64,000 bases of DNA from Nitrospirales bacterium (GTDB lineage: Bacteria > Nitrospirota > Nitrospiria > Nitrospirales > UBA8639): contig CBDBCZ010000011.1 of NCBI GenBank assembly GCA_965203295.1, positions 128,001 to 192,000 on the forward strand, written 5' to 3'. Below, piece by piece: positions 10,478-23,437 of the stretch. Within the stretch, counting starts at the first letter, position 1, and each line of letters begins with the position of its first letter. A program made the position numbers and the translations under genes. The notes under the pieces are model-generated. The model was not told where the DNA came from, did no database searches, and saw nothing but the letters and a program-made list of their open reading frames with translations.

Positions 10478-13400
10478 CAGTCAATCAATCAATCAAATTT
10501 TATTAGACTGACATGCCCATTATACGTATATATAATACAGAAGATTACGTACATATAATGGTGCCCAGCCAAGATATGGCTTATAAGTCAGTGAGTCACT
10601 ATGAGTATAAAAAATCATGACTTATACAAAAAAGAAGAACGTAATTTGAACATTTTATACAATGATTTAGCAATTAAGTTCTGACAATATGATTCATTAT
10701 TTAATATATACAAAAACTTATTAAAAGGATTTAGGTGCATAAATGACAGGTCCTTTTGAGTGATATAATATAGTAATTTATTTCTTTCAAGTTCGAGTTT
10801 ATTGCATACCATAATGAAATGAAATTCATCCTCGACTAAATCTGAATTGCAAACCTGACAGACCCGCTGCTCCAGGGGAACCTTAGGAATCCGGTAACGC
10901 CCGGTCTCCACCCCCAAAGGCAGACACCCAGCCCGGAGCGAAGCCATCACCCACCTTGGCCCAGGATCAAGTGGGGGCAGGACATAACTGGCAGGAGTGG
11001 GTTCAGCCTTAAACAGTTTGTAAAGCTTCAGCTTACCCCCTGATTCTGAGTTTTTCATGACTGGTTTGTTTAAGGTTTCAATCCATTTTTCACTAGCTAC
11101 CCTAAATATTCTATCCTTAACGAACTGTAATAGCTGATGAAAAGAACTAGCAGGAGGATTGTGCGTGGAATAAAGTTCAGGCAACTGCAAACATGCAAGT
11201 AACTTCCTAGCTTGCCAACACCAATTTCTAGTTTTACCATTTTCAGCAAGTCTCATTGACCACATAAATACCTTTTTACTTATCCTATTGGGATCTTGAG
11301 AACGGGTTCTTAGCCACCATTTAATAAACTGAAAATTATGTCGGAATCCTGCAGGAATCCAACCCATGTCTCCTTGAAGGGCAACAATGGGATAGCTCCT
11401 GCCGACTCCAAGGAAGAATCTCAGGGCATTATTCTGGGTTGCTTCCAATGTATTGTAATGCTCAGATCCCCATACAACTACTATAATCCATAACAGGAGC
11501 AACCAAAGTGTCATATAGATATGTATAAGTGTTATAACTAAGTCCACCCAAAGCCTTGGTTTTACTTATTAACTCTTTACCAACCAATGACGCATATATG
11601 CGTCATGAGCTCCCATAAGCCCATATGAATTTATATGGGGGTTTTAATACTAGGCGTTAATACTTTGTACAGGCTTTTCTGCTTCTTTAAGCTGTTTCTT
11701 ATGGTCGGTAAAGGGTTAAACAACCTAATGCACGACGAGCAGCTAAGTTTACTCTGCCAACCATTTCTTTAGGGTCAAGGTATTGATTAATCCACAGTCC
11801 TAAGTACTTGTATTCATTACAATATTGTATTTGATTATTCCCACATTTAAAAACAAAGGAAGATTGTGTTCGTCTTTTATGCCTAATGTGCATCACCTTT
11901 GTTTTCTGCAAATTAAATTGAATACCGTTCTTTGTGCACCAACTAAATGTCATATCTATGAGGGCTTGTAACTTTTGTGGATTGGAAGCTATTAGAACAA
12001 TGTCATCTGCAAACGCTAATGCAGGTATCCTAGTATCACCACCACAGTCTATCCCATACTCTGATGCACTGAGGCTAAGCAGCAAATCATTAATGAACAG
12101 ATTGAACAGTGATGGAGATAGTAAGCAGCCTTGTTTAACTCCATTACTGACATTAAACCAAGGTGTACAACAACCATTTACCTCTACTGCACATTAAAAT
12201 CCAGCGTACATACACTTAAGGGTATCTAGAAAAGGGCCATGTACTCCATAATGTTGAAGTTTTTGCCAGAGGAGTTTTCTGTCTACACTATCAAAAGCCT
12301 TTCGAAAGTCTATAAAGCAACAGAATTAAGGTGTCCTCCCCATTCAACTTCCGATTTAAGGCAATATTGTGAAGAGTGATCATGTGCTCTTGACAGGACC
12401 TGTTGGGTCTGAAGCCATTCTGTAGGTCAGAGAGCACTTCATTAGATTCTAACCAAGCTGTTAAGCGTTTGTTCAGGATATATGTGAAAAGCTTCAAGAC
12501 TGCGCTCTGCAAACTAATGCCACGATAGTTAAGGGGGTTCCGCTTGTTATTCTGTCCAGGCTTAGGGATAGGGAAAATTATAGCTCTTTTCCATGCAGTA
12601 GGACATTTTGTAGATATGAAGCAATGGTTGAAAATGATACTAAAAAAGCAATCAGGGCCTCATGATTGAGGTAACTAGGATCCAAACTATCTACCCCAAT
12701 TGCTTTATGTCTGGGGGCATGTGCAAGAGCAGACTCAACCTCCTCTCTGGTAATTCGTTCATTAAGTTCAGCAGAGTCAATGCCACCCAAGCCCAGATCA
12801 AGTTGACACTGTGAGCTGCTAACTGAATGAACATTGTTTAAGAGAGATTTGAAACAAGTATACCACTTATTTAGAACAACCCCCTTATCGGAACTAATGC
12901 TCCCATCTTCTAGTTCTATCTCAGCAGGTATGTTTGTAGGCTTGCCTGACTCTGAGATACCTAAGCTTCTTATATCTCGCCAGAACTGTCTTGGCGATCT
13001 CTTTTGTTTAAAGAGCAGTTGAAGTCTTTGCGTCCTATTGAACTCCCTCTTCTTCTTCCGAACTAATTTATCAAATCTTTTTTGTGCTGCCACATAAGTT
13101 GTTTTGAGTTGTAAATTTCCTTTGTTTTTTAGCCATACTCTACAAGCTTTCTTTAAAACACTCTTAGATTGTTTCAACTCACTATCCCACCACTGCTTAC
13201 TTTTCCTCATTTTTACAGATTTCCTAGCACCTATAGGCAATTCATTCAATATAATCGAGCAAAAGGTGTCATATATATGGTCGGTGTTTGTTTCAGCAGC
13301 TTCACTATCGATACAAGATGACAAATGCGCTATAGATTCTAAAGTCATGGGGTTAGTAAGATAATTATCTGGAACCCTTACTTTATGGAGGCGAGGTGTT

Positions 13401-14760
13401 GGGTGTATGTGTTAACATGTCTTCTGAAGCTGGGCTAAAACTATTTAATGTTTTGAACTTGTATGCCCACTTTAACAAAGAGTGATCGGATATCAACCTG
13501 TCTATATAGGGGTTCCCTGAGGTTGATGATTTCGTCAGTCATATAGTGTATATACTAAAATTAGTAAAGCTATCAAAGTTCCTAGCTGGGACAAGAGCAT
13601 AGTCGACTACAGATGCACCCTTAGTAGACACACATGTAAATTTATTTGAATTGTCGCCAAATCTTCCGTTTAGCATGCACATGTCGCATTCAATCATAAA
13701 TTCAATCAAGGAATTTCCATATGAATTACCTGGAGCAGTATCTATGTAGCTTCTAACAGGAAGATTTGCTGGACAGAGTGCTACCTCAGTATCAGACTTA
13801 TTGCGTTGAAATCACCGCATATCATAAAGGAGTCATAAATCTGCATTTTAAGTACCAGCATTTTTAGGATGTTAAAAAATTCAAAGGCTTTTATCACCTC
13901 TGGAGGAATGACTAGGAGGTAAGTAGCATACACATAAGCCAACCGATTCTAGGGAGCAATTATGTATCAGACTAATGCATAGAATATCTTCATATTCTTG
14001 GTTTACAACTGTTACTGAGTATGTTTCAAATACAGAATTTTTGATAAGGATGCCTACCCCTCCAGATCCTCTAATAGCATTTCTATGAATTTTCAATCTA
14101 TTGTGACCAAACCATGTATAACCTTCCACTGAAAGAGCCTCATTCCTTTGTAAATGTGTTTCAACTAAACAAATAACATCAGCATCACTATTTACTATAA
14201 TTTCAAGCTTAGAATTGCTACCATACCAACCTGCCATATTCCAGTACGCAAACTTAATTTCACTACTTTGGCTAGGACCTTGCTCCACCCTGCAATGTTC
14301 CCGTTCCCCACCCACACCCACACCTCGGCGAGGCGACGACCCACTCACGCCCTGGGCATCCACCCCAGGGGCGGAACGCCGAGCATTCCCTTCATCCCTT
14401 GGCTGACCTGGATTGGAGGTGTCAGGTGGAACCGCTGGCTGTTCTGGGCTTTTTGTTCTCCTTGCTGGTTCAGAATGTTCCTTGACCGGATCTGAGGGTT
14501 GATGAGGGTGGTACAATAGTGGATAGGGTTGATGATGTGATACAAAAACGGGGTGAGGGTATACATGGGGTTGAGTGGGAGGGTGAAAAAATAGGTGTGG
14601 ATGATGGTGAAACAATGGCTGGGTGTTGTGGTAGGGTCGATGTTTGGGCAGGGCACCTGCAAAAAGAACCCGATCGGGTTTGTGGCTTGGTAAACTTCCA
14701 CGCCTTGCTGAGTTTGCTCCAATTGGCTGAAATATCAGCGACAGTGGCCTCATCTGCTAG
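10478..14760 (-). mobile_element. 5'-truncated, frameshifted LINE (APE endonuclease + RT + CCHC), probably CR1/L2-group
   Basis: APE motifs WNMAG, DVICLVETHL, GGVGILIK, CYLPP, ICGDFN, VDYALV, SDH (~13480-14250); RT motifs QNGFRPNRSC, GVKQGCLLSPSLF, LAFADD, YKYLG; C-terminal CQVC...EDEFHFIMVC; 3' AATAAA plus (TTGA)n tail. Several frameshifts. Confidence 0.92.
11573..11715. mobile_element. piggyBac-like MITE inserted in LINE ORF2
   Basis: TTAA TSD at 11569-72 and 11716-19; TIR ctctttaccaacca / tggtcggtaaaggg; removing it restores ALGCLISKTKALGGLSYNTY. Confidence 0.85.
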
Positions 14761-15337
14761 GACTGTGAAATAGTGCCAAGTGGCAGACAATCAACGAAAG
14801 AGATCCGACAGTGAACCTGCTATCTGATTGGTCAGACCATACCATTGACGTAATTTTTTCATGACGTTTTACAAAGCTTGAATCTGATTGGCTCGCAATG
14901 TGCACTGCGAGACAGACAAAATCATTACGGCGTCTGTACCAGACCCTCCGTTTAACGCGAGGGGCGGGGTCCCCCAGACTATACAAGCACCGCGTTTCTG
15001 GAACACTTAATCATCGAGGACTTCTCTTGAATACTTGAAGAACTTTAAGAAGAACTGAATCTGTGGTGCTACGTTAGAAGTAAGGAGCATGTGCCAGTAT
15101 TAAATTGGAAGTAGAGTGAAAGTTTGTCCGCAACTCAAAGTAGCAATACAGGTGGGCAGTAATGTATGTATATAGGTCTAACTGGACTGTGTATGGTTTT
15201 ATTGCTAAAGTGTAGGTCTATATAATGATACTTTAGGCTATGCTCACACCCAGGGAAAGGCTTTCATGTAGCGAGATTTCCACTTTTGTGTTCTGTCGCA
15301 AAAGTCCCCACTCTTTATGTTGAATTATTTTGCTTAG

Positions 15338-17229
15338 AGCTCAACTTAAGGAAAGCTTCCTGGATCCTCCAAGAGTCCTAGAGCAGAAGATGTACCACCA
15401 GAACAAACTCCTGAAACCCTCCGCAAAGAAAAGGTGAACCTGTTTAAATGTTGTTTGTCATGGGTAGTAGTAGTTCGCATGGGAGTTTCTCACTCTTACT
15501 CCCTTCCTCTTCTCAGATTTATTGTTTACAGGGTGACGCAAAGGTTATCCCTCCTGTTCAGACTACCAAACAGTCGGGAAGCAGGTGTGATCTCTATCGA
15601 ACGAACGTCAACCTTCCTAAACAGCTAGCTACCAAAGGTGAGTGTGCATATCTGAGTCTAGGAGTACGGTTTTGTGTACATGTATTCCCCCGCCCAACTG
15701 TGATCACTGTCCTAGTTAGCCTCGTACCTAGGTGCATTAAATGGGGAAAAGTGCGCCTGGTATCCGCTGTTTGGAATGTCTTATAGCCCTGGACAGGTAA
15801 TGAAATGCAGTGAATACTCTGTCTAATACGTAGCTGCTATATAGCTTGAACTTGGCCTGTGAACTGCTACTATTAAATACGTTCAGGGGACAGCATTATA
15901 AACATTTTTTTTAAAGTGGGGTCCTCTGACTGGGACCAACTCAACAAAAAAAAAGGGTCCCAGTCTGGACCCTTCCAAAAATTGTGTCGGTTGGGCTAGC
16001 CATTATACTCTAGGAGTTGAATGTGGCTGCCAGTTTATTCTCCAGAGTGTGCCTGTAGTACTCTCTTGCTGCTTTTATAGGACAACTTGTTGCAAACCGC
16101 TTGTGGGTTTTGACCAAAGAAGCATATTCATGTTTATATTTCTAATTTTCAAACATGAATATTCTAAAGCTGGACAATATTCTCACAGTCCAATTAGGAA
16201 AGTGTTGATTGGTGCCAGTGTATATAGTCTGGGACCAAGACAGTACAACCTTACAGTGCTCATGGATGTATCTTGTGGTGTGTATAGTCTACTTTCCCTC
16301 TTTGCAGACTGTAGTCTGGACCCTATCTAGGGCCAATGGTGGGTCATTAATGACTAGTTGTTTTGTTGGTACAGGCACTGTCGGAGTACGAGCTGCGAAT
16401 ACAGCGACAGGTTCGTGAGAACCAAGAAATGATGAAGACACTTGGATTGGTAAGTATTGCTAGCATGTCTTCCTGTACCCGTCCCTCCATTAAAGTTGAC
16501 CGATACTTCTTCTATTTAGGGCTGACCAGTTTGTGAGCAAACAATCAGATCCGGAGGATGACGACGCCTCTCTGCTCAGGTAGGCAGTACAATGAAGTGG
16601 AGACAAAGTGACTCCATGCCGGACAGTTGTTCTAATTATTGCCTAGACATGCACTTCATAATTCTGTGTAGTGCACATGTAAAAAGCGTTGTGTGTGTGC
16701 TCACTGCTGTTTGCCACATTGGCCTTTCTGGGGAAGACCCTTCAAATTTAGCATACTGTTGGGCACAGACACCTGGGCACAATGATTTTCTTCTAGTTCC
16801 TGAATTCAGATTTGTCACCCTATATTAGGTTCCAGCTGCGTCGGGTGAAGATTTTGAAGATGACTATGAGAATGATGATGTAAGCTATGTATAGAAATGA
16901 GGACTAACTTCACACTGTGTATCTACTGTGACACCACCAATTTAGCTTTATTTTTGGCCAGGAAATAGGCCACTACACTTGTAGCTCTGGGCCACCGTAA
17001 GGTCTAAGTGGCTAGACAAACTGCTTGGAGAAAGCTTAATTAGGTGCGTCCATTCTTTCTGCAGAGTGGTGGCAGTGATGACGATGTTGAATCAGAGGGT
17101 GATGCGGCAGTCAGTGCTGAGGTGTATTTGCCTGTGGATGAGCAGAGAGCTGGAGTAGCCGTTGGTTTTCTACAGTGGAGTTGTTCAAATGTTCTCCTGT
17201 GAAGAACTCTGACTCGTCTTAAAAATGAG
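15338..17229 (+). other. Micro-exon gene or gene relic (acidic, low complexity), possibly an accessory gene of a CACTA-type element
   Basis: AG/GT-bounded exons at ~15338-15433, 15531-15638 (GDAKVIPPVQTTKQ...), 16375-16449 (ALSEYELRIQRQVRENQEMMKTLGL), 16520-16579, 16829-16879 (EDFEDDYENDD), 17064-17121. Phases are not all compatible. Confidence 0.45.
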
Positions 17230-17397
17230 GTGCTATGTAGCTGGACATGTATATGCAGGCCCACATACATGCATGCATGCTTTTATGTTTTTGTTTATAT
17301 TGTCAGTCGCATCACCTTATTGTAATTTCTTGTGATTTCATGCACCCATCTTATATTAAATTTGAAGACAGCACACCTGGAACAGTATGAATGTTGA

Positions 17398-17607
17398 TGT
17401 AACCGTTTATAGCATGCTGAGGCAACACGTACGTGCGTCAATATAACCGCTTGTCGCATGCTGAGGCAACACGTACGTGCGTCAATATAACCGCTTGTCG
17501 CATGCTGAGGCAACACGTACGTGCGTCGATATAACCGCTTGTCGCATGCTGAGGCAACACGTACGTGCGTCGATATAACCGCTTGTCGCGTGCTGAGACA
17601 ACACAGG
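17398..17607 (+). repeat. 44-bp minisatellite, ~4.5 copies
   Basis: gcatgctgaggcaacacgtacgtgcgtc(a/g)atataaccgcttgtc starting at 17412, 17456, 17500, 17544, partial at 17588. Confidence 0.95.
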
Positions 17608-17639
17608 ACGCGTGTCGATAATCGACACGCGTCACCCCG

Positions 17640-17707
17640 TGCCATTTTCTGGGACAAACGAACAACACGCGAACGTGGGTTGTTCCGACTCGGCATTTTT
17701 TGCAGTG
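17640..17707 (-). mobile_element. CACTG-type (EnSpm/CMC) transposon terminus
   Basis: Reverse complement begins CACTGCAAAAAATGCCGAGTCGG, next to subterminal tandem repeats; the partner end was not found. Confidence 0.55.
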
Positions 17708-18585
17708 ATATAACTTGCCAAAGGGTATATATGTCAAGCAGATTAAAGCCATTGTTCCTTCATAATAATCCAAACCTCCATAATAATGAACGGCTGAGAA
17801 CCAGAGTGGTCTAACCTAAAATCAAGAATACACGTGCACAGTGGATTTTCAAAGTATTGGGCATAAGCTCATATATGCACATTTATTACTTTTTTCTGCA
17901 AATCCTAAAATTGTAAGCAGCTTCTGAAATATGTTTTAAGAGTTTTCTCAAGTTTGGGAGGGGTCAGTTAAAATTGTGGGCTATACCACTCTGGTTCTCT
18001 TGCAGCCCTTCATATATAGGCCAGTATATACATAAATTAATTTATTGGTACCTATAAAATGCAAGGTAATAGTGATCAGCATCCTGGTTGGAATTCTTCT
18101 CATGCAGTGTTTAGGCAGGCCATATTTCCAAAATGATTTATCAAACAAGCTATATAGGGATAACTTATCTCAGTTGCAACTGCAATACCGAACTATGCAG
18201 TGTTTACTGCATGCAGGAAGCCGATATCAATGGGACTTACATGTACAAGAGCTCAGCATGCATGCACTTCTATATATGATCATTCCAACAATTCAGATAC
18301 TCCACCAAATACTGTAAACAATTCATTTTGAGCTTCCATTGACATTGGCTTCCTGCAGTATTAGTAAACACAGCATAGTTTGGTGGCTATATAGCTATAC
18401 TCATGTTCAGATGTGCAAAGATCTTGCACATGCAGGTACTCCATGCAGGTTTAAATTACGCTTCATTTTAACATGAAAATGCATGTAATACAAAACTAAA
18501 ATATTGCATTGTACTGCTGAAGTTGTACACTTTCTCTACTTATTTCTTCTAAATGCCAAAATTAGTATAGCATTTCACAATACAT

Positions 18586-20016
18586 AATCACACCGATGGT
18601 TATACCATATAGATATATTATGTTTGGTTAGTTATATGCACTTCAATCTGTGCTTTCATTCTAACAGACATGTAGCCCTATCCTCGGCCTAAAGCATGCA
18701 CTTCCGGCCTGCCAGACCTGGTTACCAATAATAGTCACTTGGCGCTGCGAGCCTATATACTAGGGGATGCTTTGTTTGCATACAGGAGCTTTTATATGAG
18801 TGCCGCTTTGGGTGGTTCATGCATGCACTCTTGCATGGTGGACATTACACCATTACTTATGCTTCTCAGGCATATAGTGGAAAACATGATTCAGAACCCA
18901 CAACAAAGGGTCTACTTGAACAGTCAGCCCATACAACTTCTTTTGGAGTTGTTACAGGAATAATTATATACGTTGGCACCCAGATTATTCTAACTTGTGT
19001 ATGTACCTCTGGACCTCACAGTGAATTAGGGTCTCATAGCTACCAACCTAACCATAGATAATACAAAATCACACCGATGGTTATACCATATAGATATATT
19101 ATGTTTGGTTAGCTATATGCACTTCAATCTGTGCTTTCATTCTAACAGACATGCATGTAGCCCTATCCACGGCCTAAAGCATGCACTTCCGGCCTGCCAG
19201 ACCTGGTCACCAATAATAGTCACTTGGCGCTGCGAGCCTATATACTAGGGGATGCTTTGTTTGCATACAGGAGCTTTTATATGAGTGCCGCTTTGGGTGG
19301 TTCATGCACGCACTCTTGCATGGTGGACATTACGTTATTACTTATGCTTCTCAGGCATGTAGTGGAAAACATGATTCAGAACCCACAACAAAGGGTCTAC
19401 TTGAACAGTCAGCCTATACAACTTCTTTTGGAGTTGTTATAGGGATAATTATATATGCTGGCACCCAGATTATTCTTACTTGTGTATGTACCTCCCCACA
19501 GTGAATTAGGGTCTCATAGCTACCAACCTAACCATAGATAATACAAAATCACACCGATGGTTATACCATATAGATATATTATGTTTGGTTAGCTATATGC
19601 ACTTCACTCTGTGCTTTCATTCTAACAGACATGCATGTAGCCCTATCCTCGGCCTAAAGCATGCACTTCCGGCCTGCCAGACCTGGTCACCAATAATAGT
19701 CACTTGGCGCTGCGAGCCTATATACTAGGGGATGCTTTGTTTGCATACAGGAACTTTTATATGAGTGCCGCTTTGGGTGGTTCATGCACGCACTCTTGCA
19801 TGGTGGACATTACGTTATTATACTTATGCTTCTCAGGCATGTAGTGGAAAACATGATTCAGAACCCACAACAAAGGGTCTACTTGAACAGTCAGCCTATA
19901 CAACTTCTTTTGGAGTTGTTATAGGGATAATTATATATGCTGGCACCCAGATTATTCTTACTTGTGTATGTACCTCCCCATGCACAGTGAATTAGGGTCT
20001 CATAGCTACCAACCTA
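18586..20016 (+). repeat. ~480-bp tandem triplication
   Basis: atcacaccgatggttatacc at ~18587, 19068, 19548; single copy in block A (~5553-6012). Confidence 0.93.
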
Positions 20017-21177
20017 ACATACACCTGCAGTAAAGCACACAACACAACTATTAGTTTCATAGCTATTAGCTCACAGCAAAAAAAAATAACAAGTTTTGAC
20101 TGCTTAGTGGTTGCTCTAAGTTTGAGCATGTTTGAGTCAGCCCACACACAGCCAAAAAAGTGGAATTTCCTGAAATGCGTTACATGGAACTTGACAGGAA
20201 ATCTGGCATTTCAGGTATAGGGTAGTATAAATAGGGCAAAATTTCCTTTGAAATTATGAAATTCTGCCCTATCCTATACTACCCTATACCTAAAATATGC
20301 CAGACTTCCTGACAGATTTCCTTGTAACGTATTTCAGGAAATTTCACTTTAATTTTTTGCTGTGCCACTATAGTTTTCATTTATATAGCTATATATTTCA
20401 TGTAACTACACACTCATTTGTTGTGAAAATTTACAAATCTGAGTAGGAAGCAGAAACTAACCACCAAGCACATGAAACAACTGTATGTATCTTTTTTGTA
20501 TTCTGGCAAGGGAGATAATCAATAGGCTAAGCTTTGTGTGTTACTCATGCAGATGTGCAAAGCAGGCACTCCAGGTTTACACTTCCCTTGAATGTGAACC
20601 TTAAAAAAATCACAATCACATGCCAGAGATATCAGCCTTGATCATTGTGGCCAGACTGTTCTTTGGCAGGTATATAAGGCAGAGCAAGTAGAGGATACTA
20701 ATCAGTATTAACAATCAGTAGAGCTAGAGTTGAATTGTCTCATCTTCCATATGCATGCAACTAATGAATGTAACAATTCGTTCATTTAGCACATTTTTTT
20801 TACGCAACTGAGATGATCAATCGGTGTATGTTTAGAACAATCTTACAACATGCATGAGATATAATAGTGACGGTCATAGCTACACCATGATTATGCCCAT
20901 GCATGATTCCTTGCAGCGATGGCTCATGTCAGTACAGGTTGGCACAGAACCAAAAGGTAGCACGTCATTGTTAAATCATGGCGGTTTACGTATACTTGTT
21001 TCAACAAACAGATGAAACTCCAAACTACAATGTTTGACTACACTTTCTATAACTTGGAAATGTAGCCAAACAATGAAGTTCTACCGTATGACATAAATGT
21101 CCAATTAACCTTATGAGTGTTGTTAATGTTATAAGCATGCATGTGTATATACATTTCTAATGTATAGTTACTGCACA

Positions 21178-23222
21178 AGGCAAACTAAGTCTATACATGT
21201 TATGCCCTATCATGTCTTCTAGGGAAAGCCGTTTGAGAAAAGTAGTATATGTGGCAGTGGCATACATTACAAAGCTTAAAGGGTTGGAAGCTAGATAAGA
21301 CCTATGTACAATTGAGTTTACCTGCATGTGATTGGCACCAGCACCAGTTAATATGTAGGGGGTGACCGGGATTACAACCACCCACGTGCACTGAAGCACT
21401 TTTTGTATGCAAGCAAACTAAGTCTGTACATGTTATGCCCTGTCATGTCTTTTAGGGAAAGCCCTTTGTAGTGTTGATAAAAGTAGTATATATGGCATTG
21501 CACATGTCTTCACTCCATACATTACAAAGCTTAAAGGGTTGGAAGCTAGATAAGACCTATGTACAATTGAGTTTACGTACCTGCATGTGATTGGTACCAG
21601 CACCAGTAAATATGTAGGGGGTTACCGGGATTACAAACACCACCCACGTGCACTGAAGCACTTTTTGTATGCAGGCAAACTATAAGTCTGTACATGTTAT
21701 GCCCTGTCATATCTTCTAGGGAAAGCCCTTTGTAGTGTTGATAAAAGTAGTATATGGCATTGCACATGTCTTCACTCCATACATTACAAAGCTTAAAGGG
21801 TTGGAAGCTAGATAAGACCTATGTACAATTGAGTTTACCTGCATGTGATTGGTACCAGTACCAGTAAATATGTAGGGGGTTACCGGCGAGATTACAAACA
21901 CCACCCACGTGCACTGAAGCACTTTTTGTATGCAACAAACTATAAGTCTGTACATGTTATGCATAACCCTATCATGTCTTCTAGGGAAAGCCCATTGTAG
22001 TGTTGATAAAAGTAGTATATGCATGGCATTGCACATGTCTTCACTCCATACATTACAAAGCTTAAAGGGTTGGAAGCTAGATAAGACCTATGTACAATTG
22101 AGTTTACCTGCATGTGATTGGCACCAGCACCAGTTAATATGTAGGGGGTGACCGGGATTACAAACACCACCCACGTGCACTGAAGCACTTTTTGTATGCA
22201 GGCAACTAAGTCTGTACATGTTATGCCCTGTCATGTCTTTTAGGGAAAGCCCTTTGTAGTGTTGATAAAAGTAGTATATGGCATTGCACATGTCTTCACT
22301 CCATACATTACAAAGCTTAAAGGGTTGGAAGCTAGATAAGACCTATGTACAATTGAGTTTACCTGCATGTGATTGGCACCAGCACCAGTTAATATGTAGG
22401 GGGTGACCGGGATTACAAACACCACCCACGTGCACTGAAGCACTTTTTGTATGCAGGCAACTAAGTCTGTACATGTTATGCCCTGTCATGTCTTTTAGGG
22501 AAAGCCCTTTGTAGTGTTGATAAAAGTAGTATATGGCATTGCACATGTCTTCACTCCATACATTACAAAGCTTAAAGGGTTGGAAGCTAGATAAGACCTA
22601 TGTACAATTGAGTTTACGTACCTGCATGTGATTGGTACCAGCACCAGTAAATATTTAGGGGGTTACCGGTATTACAAACACCACCCACGTGCACTGAAGC
22701 ACTTTTTGTATGCAGGCAAACTAAGTCTGTACATGTTATGCCCTGTCATGTCTTCTAGGGAAAGCCCTTTGTAGTGTTGATAAAAGTAGTATATGGCATT
22801 GCACATGTCTTCACTCCATACATTACAAAGCTTAAAGGGTTGGAAGCTAGATAAGACCTATGTACAATTGAGTTTACGTACCTGCATGTGATTGGTACCA
22901 GCACCAGTAAATATGTAGGGGGTTACCGGGATTACAAACACCACCCACGTGCACTGAAGCACTTTTTGTATGCAAACAAACTAAGTCTGTACATGTTATG
23001 CCCTATCATGTCTTCTAGGGAAAGCCCTTTGTAGTGTTGATAAAAGTAGTATATGGCATTGCACATGTCTTCACTCCATACATTACAAAGCTTAAAGGTT
23101 TGGAAGCTAGATAAGACCTATGTACCTGCATGTGATTGGCACCAGCACCAATAAATATGTATAGGGGGTTACCGGGATTACAAACACCACCCACGTGCAC
23201 TGAAGCACTTTTTATATGCAGT
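21178..23222 (+). repeat. Tandem array, ~255-270-bp unit, 8 units
   Basis: Marker at ~21281, 21536, 21798, 22067, 22322, 22577, 22837, 23097. Confidence 0.95.
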
Positions 23223-23332
23223 TATACATAAGAAACCTCAAAAGCCCCATGTCTGGTTTGGGTCCAAACCACAACTAGAATCCAATACAAAGAAGCAGGG
23301 AAACTGTCAATTAAACAAAGAGCTTGGGTGGG

Positions 23333-23340
23333 TATATAAA
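23333..23340 (+). promoter_or_regulatory. TATA box of Cys-rich peptide gene B
   Basis: TATATAAA about 105 bp upstream of ATG 23438. Confidence 0.6.
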
Positions 23341-23437
23341 GCAGGAGAAACTTCTATAAAGCTAGCTATATGCCAGCCTCAAAAGAAAGACATCTGATTC
23401 ACTCATCTGTTCAGTCTCCAGAAGATCAACGGCAGAG

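Noticed and set aside
13881..14790. His/Pro-rich ORF as a host gene
   Set aside because: It is contiguous and in frame with the LINE endonuclease, so it is part of the retroelement.
17398..17607. 44-bp repeats as a CRISPR array; ORFs 17295-17814
   Set aside because: Head-to-tail with no spacers and no cas genes; the ORFs are repeat artefacts.
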